Assembly: GCA_002448445.1 (NCBI GenBank) | Contig: DJYC01000112.1 | Coordinates: 51,334 to 115,333, forward strand | Length of the DNA: 64,000 nt | Direction of reading: 5' to 3' | Source: Treponema sp. UBA6988 | GTDB taxonomy: Bacteria > Spirochaetota > Spirochaetia > Treponematales > Treponemataceae | Part shown: positions 1-9,866 of the stretch, piece after piece | Position numbering within the stretch: position 1 is the stretch's first letter | Layout: the number at the start of each line of letters is the position of its first letter | Position numbers and translations under genes: made by a program | Notes under the pieces: generated by a model | What the model saw: the letters and a program-made list of their open reading frames with translations, nothing else | What the model was told of the DNA's origin: nothing | Database searches by the model: none

Positions 1-177
1 GGAATATTTCGGAGGCACCTCTATGAGCATATGCACGTGGTCGATCATCATATGTCCTTCCAGCACCCTGCATTCTCGGCAGGCTGCCAGTCTCCGGATT
101 TCCTGCCCTAAGTTCTCGCGTATGGTTGCATACAGCTTTTTTCGTCTGTATTTTGGAATCCACATTTTCAAATACAT
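1..177 (-). mobile_element. tnpA: IS200/IS605-family TnpA (HUH Y1 transposase) fragment, apparently 5'-truncated, runs off the window edge
   Basis: Manual translation: MYLKMWIPKYRRKKLY...LEGHMMIDHVHMLIEVPPKYS. Contains WIPKYRR and the HUH motif DHVHML; lacks the usual N-terminal YH segment. Confidence 0.85.
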
Positions 178-200
178 CTTTTTGTTGTACACTATAAATC

Positions 201-1142
201 ATGCAAACACCAGTAAACAAAAATGCCAGTAAAGAAGCCAAAGACCTTCTTTCGTTTCTGTGCAAGACAGCAGGCAACGCTATCATCACAGGACAACACA
301 CGCAAACCGTTCCCATGGAAGAAATCCAGTACATAAAGCAGATAACAGGATTCACTCCAAAACTTCGCGGCTTTGAATTGTTATCTTATTCGCCAAACAT
401 TAACTATGCAAATTCATCAAAAGAATGCCTAACAGAAATCCAAGAAAACAGGAATACCATTCAGGTTGCATTGGAATGGGCAAAACAAAAAGGCAACATT
501 CTAACATTTTCATTCCACTGGTTCTCTCCCATTGGGGGACATGACAAAAGTTTTTATGCCAAGAATACAGATTTTGACGCAGAAAAAATTCTTGTTGACG
601 GTACACCAGAGCGAAAAGCATTTTTCCATGATATGGACAAGATTGCTGAGCTTTTAAAGTCTTTTAAAAAGGCACGTATCCCGGTTTTGTGGCGGCCGTT
701 TCACGAGTCAGACGGCACATGGTTCTGGTGGGGCGCAAAAGGCCCTGCGGTTGCAAAAGAACTCTACAAACTTATGTTTAACCACTACACCGCTGTTCAC
801 CAACTGGACAACTTGCTTTGGGTCTGGAACTGCCGCCAAAAAGAAGGCTACCCTGGCGATGAATTTACGGATATAATCTCTGCAGACATTTACCTCCCGA
901 AATATATGCCTACCGATTACAAAAATGAATATGAAGAGCTGATAGGCAACACAACAAAAAATAAAGTTGCAGCATTAGCAGAAGTTGGATACATCCCGGA
1001 TGTGGAAATACTCCAACAGAGCCGTATTCCCTGGGCATATTATATGTCTTGGTCAAAAGAATTTATAATCGGACAAAAATACAATTCTACGGAAAATTTA
1101 AAAAAGATGTATGAAAGTTTCTATTCAATAAAAAATCCGTAA
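201..1142 (+). CDS. GH26 beta-mannanase-like glycoside hydrolase, no signal peptide
   Basis: WRPFHESDG (acid/base), WFWWG, ALAEVG (nucleophile). Confidence 0.9.
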   Translation: MQTPVNKNASKEAKDLLSFLCKTAGNAIITGQHTQTVPMEEIQYIKQITGFTPKLRGFELLSYSPNINYANSSKECLTEIQENRNTIQVALEWAKQKGNILTFSFHWFSPIGGHDKSFYAKNTDFDAEKILVDGTPERKAFFHDMDKIAELLKSFKKARIPVLWRPFHESDGTWFWWGAKGPAVAKELYKLMFNHYTAVHQLDNLLWVWNCRQKEGYPGDEFTDIISADIYLPKYMPTDYKNEYEELIGNTTKNKVAALAEVGYIPDVEILQQSRIPWAYYMSWSKEFIIGQKYNSTENLKKMYESFYSIKNP

Positions 1143-1357
1143 AATTCTGCGAACCAACAAAACAAAAACATAACGTCTGGTTCGCAGAGCAGGCCGGTTA
1201 TTTTTTCAATCGCGCACTTTTTCTGCTCGCGGCTTCTACCCGGGAAAATCGTGAGCTCTATAATCATAAAGTTTTCGGTTTTGCCATCTGGCGCTTCCCA
1301 GTTACTCTTATCAAAATCTTCAATCCGCTGGAACCTGTCCCAGTCGGCAATTCCCAA
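1121..1357 (-). pseudogene. Tautomerase-family protein remnant
   Basis: DRFQRI...IIELTIFPGRSREQKK resembles Tautomerase_2; N-terminus (catalytic Pro1) missing and C-terminus degraded. Confidence 0.6.
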
Positions 1358-1523
1358 GGCGTCGGCTTAAAATACGAAGCAACGGAAACCACAAGCGCTT
1401 TTCGGAATTTATGTAAATCACGCAAGCCCCTTACGCAGTTTAAAATCCTACAAACCTCTGTTACACTAATTCTGTGGTAAAAGATATTATGATTATTCCT
1501 TCAATGAGATTGTTGACCTTTAT

Positions 1524-1727
1524 GTGGACTATTTCTTTCAGAGTCAAGGTGTCGGGTCAGCATTAATAGAATATGCAAAAGAAAATTATCCTGTAACATA
1601 TTTGTGGGCTATTGAAAAGAATGTTGAAGCCATTCGTTTTTATGAGAGACACGGTTTTCATACCACAAAGAATAAAAAGCTTGAAGAAGGAACGACGGTA
1701 TATATAGTTAAGATGGAGAGATATTGA
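1524..1727 (+). pseudogene. GNAT acetyltransferase C-terminal remnant
   Basis: QSQGVGSALI acetyl-CoA motif and N..AIRFYERHGF; only 67 aa. Confidence 0.65.
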
Positions 1728-1824
1728 CGCACATTTTAACGAAGCAAAGCCCCGCACGAATAAAAGTGGCAGACTCATTAAATATGACATACTGCTGTCA
1801 TATTTTATATGCTATTATTTTGTC

Positions 1825-2433
1825 ATGGATAAAAGACCTGTCTTTGAGGAAATAAGAACATACGAAGACTTCTCAAAATATTACTGGTACCGCGAAGAGC
1901 TTGTTTTGATTTGCAGAAAACTTGGCATTTGTGCCAGCGGTTACAAGGCGGAATTAAACGGGAGAATTGAAAATTATTTCAAAGGGAAAACTCCGCAAGT
2001 TAAAAAAAGCCACCAAGTGAGTGTCGCAAAGAAAAAAGTTCCTGAACTATCGCTAGAAAGTGGCCTTTTGGAATGTGGCTTTTGCTTTAGTCAGCGTTTC
2101 CGCGATTTCTTTTCTGCACAGACTGGAATCAAAAATTTTAAGTTCAATGTGGACATGGTTGCAAGCGCAAGGAAAGTCCGCGACACAAAGGACACAAGCT
2201 TTACCCTGGGCGACATGCTGGACATCTTCTACGGCCGCAAAACTTACGCCCACTACGACAAGGTTTCGCTCCAGTGGAACAAGTTTGTAAAAGACTTTTT
2301 CGCAGATTCTGCAACTTCAAAATTCCCCGACAGGCTAAAAACCGCCGCCCGCCTGTGGAAAGAAGTACGGGAATCAACACGAGAAAAAATCTACAAGCAT
2401 GAATTACTGGAAGAATTTAAGGAGGAGCTTTAA
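1825..2433 (+). CDS. SAP-like domain protein (SAP_new25/DUF6434-type)
   Basis: FSKYYWYREELVLICRKLGI..SG.KAEL pattern. Confidence 0.75.
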   Translation: MDKRPVFEEIRTYEDFSKYYWYREELVLICRKLGICASGYKAELNGRIENYFKGKTPQVKKSHQVSVAKKKVPELSLESGLLECGFCFSQRFRDFFSAQTGIKNFKFNVDMVASARKVRDTKDTSFTLGDMLDIFYGRKTYAHYDKVSLQWNKFVKDFFADSATSKFPDRLKTAARLWKEVRESTREKIYKHELLEEFKEEL

Positions 2434-3083
2434 TGCCATTCGACTACAAAAAAGAATACAAGGAATTTTACCTTCCGCCTGCAAAACCGCAGCTTGTGCA
2501 CATTCCAAAAATGCAATTTGTCGCAGTCCGCGGAAAAGGAAATCCAAATGACAGTGAGGGAGAATATCAGAAAGCGCTAGCTATCCTGTATGCAATTTCC
2601 TATACAATCAAAATGAGCAAAATGGGCGACCGTCGAATTGAAGGGTATTTTGACTATGTTGTTCCGCCGCTCGAAGGCTTTTGGTGGCAGGAGAAAAAGG
2701 GAATAATTGTTCCTAGCTTTGACTATAAGGACAAATCTTCATTCAACTGGATTTCTGTAATCCGTCTGCCAGATTTTGTAAATCAAAAAGATTTTGACTG
2801 GGCAAAAGAAAGTGCAGCAGCGAAAAAAGATTTGGACTGTTCCCGTGCAGAATTACTGACAATTGAAGAAGGCGACTGCGTTCAGAGTATGCACAAAGGC
2901 TCTTATAATGATGAGCCGGCGACAGTTGAAAAAATGCACGATTTTGTTTCGGCAAACGGCTATGTACTTGATTTTTCCGCCACAAGACTTCATCACGAAA
3001 TCTACCTGAGCGACCCGCGAAAAACAAGTGCTGAAAATCTAAAAACTGTAATACGGCACCCTGTGAGGAAAAATAATGAATAA
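2433..3083 (+). CDS. GyrI-like small-molecule-binding domain protein
   Basis: DYKKEYKEFYLP, VVPPLEGFWW, HHEIYLSDPRK. Confidence 0.85.
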   Translation: MPFDYKKEYKEFYLPPAKPQLVHIPKMQFVAVRGKGNPNDSEGEYQKALAILYAISYTIKMSKMGDRRIEGYFDYVVPPLEGFWWQEKKGIIVPSFDYKDKSSFNWISVIRLPDFVNQKDFDWAKESAAAKKDLDCSRAELLTIEEGDCVQSMHKGSYNDEPATVEKMHDFVSANGYVLDFSATRLHHEIYLSDPRKTSAENLKTVIRHPVRKNNE

Positions 3084-3330
3084 CGAACTTTTACAAAATC
3101 TAGACAAACTTCACACTACTCCTATGGGAATAGACCGCATACGCCGCAATCTTGGGCTTTGGGGCGATATTCCAGATGTGGTTACCTGGTGCAAAAGTCA
3201 AATTGAATCTCCAGAGGCAACAATTACACGCAGGGGAAAAAACTGGTATTGCACAATCGGTAGCTGCATCATCACAGTGAATGCCTATAGTTACACAATA
3301 ATTACTGCCCACCATGCGAACGTGATTTAA
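3076..3330 (+). CDS. DUF3781-family protein
   Basis: LHTTPMGIDRIRRNL...GKNWY...ITVNAYSYTIITAH. Confidence 0.8.
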   Translation: MNNELLQNLDKLHTTPMGIDRIRRNLGLWGDIPDVVTWCKSQIESPEATITRRGKNWYCTIGSCIITVNAYSYTIITAHHANVI

Positions 3331-3423
3331 GAAACACAAATATACGCGCTTGCTTTGTTTGTTCCTAGGCAAAAAGGAAAAGCTTTACCCTCTCTATAAA
3401 GCATCACTCCATAAAACATCACT

Positions 3424-3452
3424 TGCAACTTGAGCCCTGCCTCGGTAGAATG
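3424..3452 (+). promoter_or_regulatory. sigma70-type promoter, probably leaderless transcript
   Basis: TTGCAA-17-TAGAAT, 6 nt before the ATG at 3458, no Shine-Dalgarno. Confidence 0.6.
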
Positions 3453-3457
3453 ACCTT

Positions 3458-4003
3458 ATGAAACTTATGATTGCGAGCGACATTCACGGCTCTGCTGCCT
3501 TTTGTGCAAAGATGGCGGAGCGCTTTAGGGAAGAGAATGCGGACAGGCTACTGCTCTTGGGAGACCTGCTTTACCACGGGCCGCGCAATGACTTGCCTGA
3601 GGAATACGCACCCAAAAAAGTGATAGAAATTCTGAACAGTCTGGGAGAACGCATTTTTTGTGTCAGGGGAAACTGCGATGCAGACGTTGACCAGATGGTG
3701 CTTAAGTTTCCGATTTGCGCAGAGTATGCCGTTTTTGCCGCAGGAAGCCGCCTTGTTTACGCAAGCCACGGACACATTTTTAATGACGAAAATCCGCCGC
3801 CACTTTGCGAGGGCGACATTCTTCTTTGCGGGCACACCCACGTTCCTGCTAAAAAGTCTTGCGCAAATTTTACCTATCTGAATCCGGGTTCAGTTTCTAT
3901 TCCAAAGGAAGGCAGCGCACACTCCTACATGGTTTACGAGGACGGCCTTTTTGTTTGGAAAAATATTCTGGACGGAAAGGCTTATGATGAGTTTAGCATT
4001 TAG
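3458..4003 (+). CDS. yfcE: YfcE-family metallophosphodiesterase
   Basis: SDIHGS, GDLLYHGPRN, GNCD, GHTH, NPGS. Confidence 0.9.
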   Translation: MKLMIASDIHGSAAFCAKMAERFREENADRLLLLGDLLYHGPRNDLPEEYAPKKVIEILNSLGERIFCVRGNCDADVDQMVLKFPICAEYAVFAAGSRLVYASHGHIFNDENPPPLCEGDILLCGHTHVPAKKSCANFTYLNPGSVSIPKEGSAHSYMVYEDGLFVWKNILDGKAYDEFSI

Positions 4004-4049
4004 CTTACCACAATTCCTGCTTAGCAAATAATTGTGCACAGAAGAAAAC

Positions 4050-4122
4050 GGAAATCAGTTTTGTGCGTAACGGGAAGCGAAATATGGCTGAAAATCCATT
4101 TGCGAGGTGCGAACGAAGTGAG
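4050..4122. repeat. Partial copy of the element at 49068-49233
   Basis: Shares GGAAAT(C/A)AGTTTTG(T/G)GCG..ACGGGAAGCGAAATATGGCTGAAAAT(C/T)CATTTGCG. Confidence 0.8.
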
Positions 4123-4352
4123 TCAGATTACTGCTTCCTGTTTAGCAAATAAGTGTGCGCAGAAGTAGGCGGAAAAGCGTATTGGCATGGCGCGACTTTG
4201 CATCCTGCTTTTGCCCTAAAAGACCGCAGGTCGTTTGACTGCAACTGGAGCGACAGGACAATACACTCTGGGAGCCTAATTCTGCGCAGTGTTACCTTTG
4301 CCAAAGAAGAATTTGAAACACATGCCGCTTTGTGGTAAGATAAAGGCGCTTT

Positions 4353-5600
4353 ATGACTGCTTTGGATGAAATCAAGAGACTTGCGCAAAAAGAATTTCCT
4401 CTTTTTATAAAATACATTTGTGACGGCCTTACCGGAGCCCTTGTTCAGAACACGCATTTTTTTCCAATGCCTGTTAGGGTGAACTTTGCAAAGGAAGCGG
4501 AAAACCCCGAGGAAAAGGCACAGATTCTTAGCGAGCTTTACGAGAACAGCAAGAATGTTTGCGGTACAGGCTACACGCTGGAGATTGAACTCGTAAGCAC
4601 ACGCAGCAAGGGCAACCGCAAGGTTCTAAAGCGGATATGCTTTTTGACGGAAGATGACTACTTGGCATTTATGATAAAGAGCAGCCTACCGGAAAGTTTA
4701 CAGGCCGAATCTGAGTGCGAGACAGAAGGCTTCAACGAGGCAATCTTTGTTATCATAGAATCTGGGCTTCTGCTGGAAAAAGACATTCCTGACTGGGCAC
4801 TGAAGCATATTGAGGAACTTGGCCGCTACCACGAGGACGATCATTTCTGGCAGAACATCTGCAAAGTGGCGCGCTGGCTAAAGAGCAACAAGAACTGCAA
4901 CCTCTACATAAGGGAGCTACCCTTTATAAATTCCATTCCGCCCAAATTTATAGAAGAAAACAAAAATCTTATCCATTCCCTGGTAACGCAAGACGCCATA
5001 AAGATTTCCTTTGAAGCAGACCACGGCCTTTTGGGAAAGCAGACAACCGTAAGATTCCGCTCGCTCTGCAAAGAAGTACCTCTTATGCTGGGACAAATGG
5101 AGCTAAAGGAGCTTACGGTTCCAATAGAAGACTTCTGCATGCTTCCCAAAAGCGGCATACTGCAGGGCATAGAAAATGTCTTCATTGTAGAAACGGAGAT
5201 GGTCTACCTAACCTTTCCCGAATGCCCAAAAAGCCTTTGCATACTGGCACAGGGCTACAACGCAAACGTCCTAAAGCTCTGCGACTGGCTAAAGGAATTC
5301 CCCCTCTACTATTTTGGCAATTGCTCTGAAAATTCATTCAGCATGCTTTCCAGCCTAAGGGGCTACTTTGAAAACTTAAAGTCCTTCTGCATGAATATGT
5401 CAACAATCAACGCCTATAAAAGCTGCCTGCAAAAAGGGGACAATTCATTTGTTCAGACCATTCCGCCAAACCTTGACTACGCGGAAAACCAGGCCTATCT
5501 TTTCCTGCACGATTCAGCGGAAAAAAATTGCCTTAGCCAGGACAACATTTCTATAGAATATATTCAAAAAGCCCTTGCACAACTTTTCCATGATTGTTAA
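4353..5600 (+). CDS. Wadjet JetD-like (DUF3322+DUF2220 Toprim) protein, degenerate
   Basis: LYIRELP..KFIE, VRFRSL, VFIVET..YLTFP; YFGNCS replaces the family YWGDID. Confidence 0.7.
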   Translation: MTALDEIKRLAQKEFPLFIKYICDGLTGALVQNTHFFPMPVRVNFAKEAENPEEKAQILSELYENSKNVCGTGYTLEIELVSTRSKGNRKVLKRICFLTEDDYLAFMIKSSLPESLQAESECETEGFNEAIFVIIESGLLLEKDIPDWALKHIEELGRYHEDDHFWQNICKVARWLKSNKNCNLYIRELPFINSIPPKFIEENKNLIHSLVTQDAIKISFEADHGLLGKQTTVRFRSLCKEVPLMLGQMELKELTVPIEDFCMLPKSGILQGIENVFIVETEMVYLTFPECPKSLCILAQGYNANVLKLCDWLKEFPLYYFGNCSENSFSMLSSLRGYFENLKSFCMNMSTINAYKSCLQKGDNSFVQTIPPNLDYAENQAYLFLHDSAEKNCLSQDNISIEYIQKALAQLFHDC

Positions 5601-5611
5601 AATTAGTCTTA

Positions 5612-6562
5612 ATGAAGTCGGTTCGGATTTTTAGGTTGTCATTTTTTCTAGCTGCAATTTCACTTTCCCTTGCAAGGGTGGCAGCTTCTGATTTTTCTAT
5701 AAGACAGGCGCTAATTTCCAAACCGCTTCCAGAAGATTTAAAAATCTTTCAAAAAGCCTACCCCGACCTTATTTTTTTTGTAAGCTACGACCCAAACATT
5801 GACGACTGGAACATAACAGTGCGCTTTCCCCCGGACCCAGACCGCGGTGGCCATTACGAAAGCGCTGAATTCTACTGGGCAGAAGGAAAGCTTTTGCCCA
5901 AGGAAGAGCTTGAAAACAAAAAGAATTATACGGAAATTCTCTATAAATACCCCGAGCTTTCTTGCGCACCAGAAAAGCTTACCAAAGCGGAGCGTCAAAA
6001 GATAAAGGCTGAATATTCCGCCGCAAACAGAAAGACCGCACCCGGAACTTCCATGTTCTTCTTTGACGCAATGTATTCCGCCACCAACAAGGTAGACATG
6101 GAGTCCCACCTGGTAAGAACCACCTTTCTTGGCCACCCCACAAGGATTCATGAACGTATATACTATCAGTTCAAAGAAGCCGAAAAGAAAATAAAGAGCG
6201 CGGCTGCAAAAGACAAGGAACTTCAGGCCTTTGTAAAAAGCATAAAATCTTCCGCCGCCTTCAACTGGAGGGTCATAGCCGGAACCAACAGGCTTTCCCT
6301 TCACAGCTACGGAATAGCAATAGACGTTCTGCCCAAAAAGCTTAAGGGCAAGTCTATTTTCTGGCAATACGAAACCGGCAGGAATCCAAACGGCTGGATG
6401 GCAATTCCAAATTCCAAGCGCTGGATGCCGCCCAAAAAATTTATTGATATTTTTGAAAAGGAAGGATTCATCTGGGGTGGCAATTGGGTAAACTTTGACA
6501 ACATGCACTTTGAATACCGCCCGGAACTCCTTTACTTTAACGGCATAGAGGTGGAAAAATGA
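5612..6562 (+). CDS. M15-family metallopeptidase (D,D-carboxypeptidase/endopeptidase-like), secreted
   Basis: FNWR.IAGT.RLSLHSYGIAID, GFIWGGNW..FDNMHFEYRPE; signal peptide. Confidence 0.85.
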   Translation: MKSVRIFRLSFFLAAISLSLARVAASDFSIRQALISKPLPEDLKIFQKAYPDLIFFVSYDPNIDDWNITVRFPPDPDRGGHYESAEFYWAEGKLLPKEELENKKNYTEILYKYPELSCAPEKLTKAERQKIKAEYSAANRKTAPGTSMFFFDAMYSATNKVDMESHLVRTTFLGHPTRIHERIYYQFKEAEKKIKSAAAKDKELQAFVKSIKSSAAFNWRVIAGTNRLSLHSYGIAIDVLPKKLKGKSIFWQYETGRNPNGWMAIPNSKRWMPPKKFIDIFEKEGFIWGGNWVNFDNMHFEYRPELLYFNGIEVEK

Positions 6563-7137
6563 GACTTGAGCAGGCAATAAAAATAGTAAGCGAGCAGATT
6601 GATGCTCTTTTATGTACAAAAGAAAAAATCATTGTAGCCATAGACGGCATTTCCGCCTCCGACAAATCAATGCTGGCCCACGTCCTCCACAGAATCTACA
6701 TTCCAGACACCACGATTTTCCGCACGGATGACTTTTCGCTCAGGAAGGAACAGCGTGACCCCAAGCGCATTGCAAAGCCCGGCTACAACTTTGACTGGGA
6801 ACGCTTTGAGCAGCAGGTCCTTATTCCCCTTTCCCAGAACAAGCCTGTAATCTACCAGCGCTTCAACTTTTCCACGGAGGAACTTGAGCCGTCAGTTACC
6901 GTCATACCGGCAAAAATAAACATCGTTGAAGGAACCTTCTGCATGAACGAAAACCTCCAGAAATACTACGACTTTTCCGTTCTGGTAAGGATGCTTCCGT
7001 CAGCACTGGAAGAAAGGCTAAAGAACCGCTCCACCGCAAAGAATTCCATTTTTGCATCAAGGCAGCCGCTTGAAGAAATCTACTTTGAAAAGACAGACGT
7101 AGCCTCAAAGTGCTCCCTTGTCCTTGATTTGGAATAA
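6559..7137 (+). CDS. Uridine kinase-like P-loop protein
   Basis: IVAIDGISASDKS (altered Walker A), DDF, NFDWERF, IVEG. Confidence 0.7.
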   Translation: MRLEQAIKIVSEQIDALLCTKEKIIVAIDGISASDKSMLAHVLHRIYIPDTTIFRTDDFSLRKEQRDPKRIAKPGYNFDWERFEQQVLIPLSQNKPVIYQRFNFSTEELEPSVTVIPAKINIVEGTFCMNENLQKYYDFSVLVRMLPSALEERLKNRSTAKNSIFASRQPLEEIYFEKTDVASKCSLVLDLE

Positions 7138-7150
7138 AGGGTCAGAAACG

Positions 7151-7564
7151 ATGGGCAAAGGCAAGGGCTTTTTCCTTCTGACACTGGCAAGCACTGCTTG
7201 TGCATCAGCATTTGCCGGTGCAATAGTCATCTACGAGCTGAATGTTTTTAGCGGTCTAGACAAGCTTTCTTACGCGCGTTTGTGGTGCGACGGATGCTTT
7301 ATTTCCGCAGTATTTTTTTTGGGAGCAGGAATCCTTGTTGCCGTAAAAAGGAACGGAGGCTTTGATTCCATAAACTACGCTTTTTCCCAGCTGGCAAAAA
7401 GATTCTGGCGGCCAGCTAAAAATTCCGTCGACAAAAAAAATCAGAGCTACCTTGAATACGTAAGGCAAAGGCATGCGGACGGGAAAAAAAGTCCCCACCC
7501 TGCAATAATGATTTCGGGAGGCATAATGCTCTTGGCATCCTTCATTCTTCTTGCATTGGCATAA
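7151..7564 (+). CDS. DUF3899-like membrane protein
   Basis: Three hydrophobic segments, CDGCFI...GGFD...Y pattern. Confidence 0.6.
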   Translation: MGKGKGFFLLTLASTACASAFAGAIVIYELNVFSGLDKLSYARLWCDGCFISAVFFLGAGILVAVKRNGGFDSINYAFSQLAKRFWRPAKNSVDKKNQSYLEYVRQRHADGKKSPHPAIMISGGIMLLASFILLALA

Positions 7565-8906
7565 GCCTGTTTTTCTTTAGCCTCATGTAAAAGAAAATGG
7601 AAACTGCAACCGACACAACTTCCGCAATTGGAAAGGCAAACCAGACATTGCGGATATTTCCGGTAAGTGCCAGAAAATATGCCACTGGCAAAAGGACGAC
7701 AAGCTGCCTCATAAAGGCAACAATCATGCTGTAGATTGCAGACCTGAAAGCCTGGAAGGCTGACGAAAGGGTTATTGCAACTGCCGCCCCGATGAAACTG
7801 GGCGCAATTATCCTTATTGCAGGAACTCCAATCTTCAGCATTTCATTCGTCGCGGAAAAAAGCATCAAAAGCCTTCCCGGAATCAGCTCGAACAAAATCA
7901 CTCCAAAGCCCATTATCGAAAGGGCAAACAAAAGCCCAGTGCGCATAGTCGAAAGTATCCTTTTCTTTTTGCAGGCCCCGTAGTTGTATGCAATTATGGG
8001 AACAAGGCCGCTGTTCAGCCCGAAGATGGGCATAAAGAGGAAGCTGTTCAGCTTAAAATATACACCGTAGACAGCAATCGCCGTCGTGCTGAACATTCCC
8101 AGAATCAGGTTTAAAAGATAAGTGGTGAGCGAAGTTGCCCCGTTCAAGAGGATTGTGGGAAGTGCCACAAGATAAACCTGCCTTATAGTTGCAAGGTGCG
8201 GCCTGAATTTTCTGAATTCAAATTTAATCTCCCGGTTAAAGGCAAGGTTAAAGACAAGGGAAAGAACCATGCTAAGGCACTGGCCGATTACAGTTGCAAT
8301 TGCAGCACCGGCAACGCCAAGCTTCGGGAAAGGGCCAAGTCCAAAGATAAGGCAGCAGTCAAGGATTATGTTGCAGAAGGCACCGGAAATCTGGGAAATC
8401 ATCGTAAAAATGGTGCGCCCCGTGGCCTGCAGGAGTCTGTCCAGCATCATCACGCCGAACATTCCAAAGGACGCCCTCATCACAATGGAAGCATACTCCT
8501 CACCGTAGGAAACAATCTGGGCAACCCCCTTCGCGGAAAAGACAAAATATGGATGCAGGATAAAAAATGAAAGGAGCAGAATAAAAAGGTAGGTGCAAAG
8601 AGCAAGGAAGATACCGTTCATGGCTGCCCTGTTCACATCCTCCATCTTTTTTTGACCAAGGCGGGTAGAAAGCAGCGCGTTAACACCCACTGCCGTTCCT
8701 ATTCCAAAGGCAACCATCAGGTTCTGCAGGGGAAAGGCCAACGAAAGGGCGGTAAGCGCATTCTCATTTATCCGGCCAACCAGAGCGGAATCCACGATAT
8801 TGTAAAGCGACTGGATGAACATGGAAATCATCATCGGAAACGACATGTTCACGATGAGCCGGGGAACACTCATAGTCCCCATTTTGTTTTCTCTAAGTTG
8901 AGGCAT
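7542..8906 (-). CDS. MATE-family efflux transporter
   Basis: QSLYNIVDS, LGVAGAAIATVIGQ, about 12 TM segments; start chosen after TTGACA-17-TATTAT. Confidence 0.9.
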   Translation of the reverse strand: MPQLRENKMGTMSVPRLIVNMSFPMMISMFIQSLYNIVDSALVGRINENALTALSLAFPLQNLMVAFGIGTAVGVNALLSTRLGQKKMEDVNRAAMNGIFLALCTYLFILLLSFFILHPYFVFSAKGVAQIVSYGEEYASIVMRASFGMFGVMMLDRLLQATGRTIFTMISQISGAFCNIILDCCLIFGLGPFPKLGVAGAAIATVIGQCLSMVLSLVFNLAFNREIKFEFRKFRPHLATIRQVYLVALPTILLNGATSLTTYLLNLILGMFSTTAIAVYGVYFKLNSFLFMPIFGLNSGLVPIIAYNYGACKKKRILSTMRTGLLFALSIMGFGVILFELIPGRLLMLFSATNEMLKIGVPAIRIIAPSFIGAAVAITLSSAFQAFRSAIYSMIVAFMRQLVVLLPVAYFLALTGNIRNVWFAFPIAEVVSVAVSIFFYMRLKKNRLMPMQEE

Positions 8907-9043
8907 GGGAACAATAATATTGATATTCAAAAAGAGTGTCAAACATAGCCGTTTAATATTTTGAACGCTAGTCTTCTGGACGGAAGCCCTATCTGCCCTA
9001 CCATTCATTTTATATCTAACTCGGCCGACCTTTCTTTTCGTCA

Positions 9044-9117
9044 CCGCCGTTCCGGGGTTCCGCCTTTCGGCTCCATTCTCTGCGAGAACGCTGCGCGCCC
9101 CTCCATGGCGGCGTAGG
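9044..9117. repeat. Structured ~85-nt repeat family, copy 1
   Basis: CCGCC gttcc GGGG TTCC..TCCA..CCCC tccat GGCGG CGTAGG. Confidence 0.75.
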
Positions 9118-9122
9118 CTTTT

Positions 9123-9737
9123 TTAGATGAAATTTGTCCAGGCATGCTCCTCTTTTTCCGGCAAGCCAAATTCCTTTTTCCCCAAGGCAATGGATTTTAT
9201 TAAGAAGGACATGTTGCGGGCAAGAACCCTGAGTGTCTGCATACCTTCCTTGTCCTCAGAGGCCTCCCCTGGAACTCCACCGTGAATGTTGTTCCAGTAC
9301 TGGCTGCTTGCAACAGGCATTCCGCTGATTGTAAAGAATTTGTTCACAACATCAAAGGAAGCGGTTGTTCCCCCACGGCGGGCACAGACAAAACCCGCTC
9401 CAACTTTCATGGTCTTGTCAAAGTGGCTGCTGTAGAAAAGCCTCTGCAAAAAGGCCTGCACGGTTGCATTGGGGGCAGAGTAATAAACAGGAGTTCCAAC
9501 GACCAGACCGTCTGCATCCTTAAACTTTGCGGCAAATTCATTCACCGCGTCATCAAAAACACAGCGTCCAAGCTCCCCGCAACGGTTACAGGCAATGCAG
9601 CCCCTTATATCCTTGTTTCCAATATTGTATATTTCCGCCTCAATCCCCTGCTGGTCAAAAATATTTTTCATCTCATTAAGCCCAAGCAGAGTGTTGCTCT
9701 TTTGCCTTGGACTACCGTTTACCAATAAAACCTTCAT
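9123..9737 (-). CDS. Iron-sulfur flavoprotein / NADPH-dependent FMN reductase family
   Basis: NGSPR, CIACNRC....C..DD, GTPVYY. Confidence 0.9.
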   Translation of the reverse strand: MKVLLVNGSPRQKSNTLLGLNEMKNIFDQQGIEAEIYNIGNKDIRGCIACNRCGELGRCVFDDAVNEFAAKFKDADGLVVGTPVYYSAPNATVQAFLQRLFYSSHFDKTMKVGAGFVCARRGGTTASFDVVNKFFTISGMPVASSQYWNNIHGGVPGEASEDKEGMQTLRVLARNMSFLIKSIALGKKEFGLPEKEEHAWTNFI

Positions 9738-9866
9738 ACAGCCTCCTCTTTTATTCAACACTTTATGCTAAACCCTTACCCTTAAAAATGTCAATGCGCC
9801 ACTTAAAATTTGCTCGCTTGTAAAAATTCGGCTTTACTTTTATACTCTTACTGTAAGAGGTATTTT

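Noticed and set aside
5738-6619. 293-aa antisense ORF (similarly 46806-47699, 39794-40549, 32016-32660, and same-strand 20444-21163)
   Set aside because: Shadow frames overlapping well-supported genes, with no recognisable motifs.
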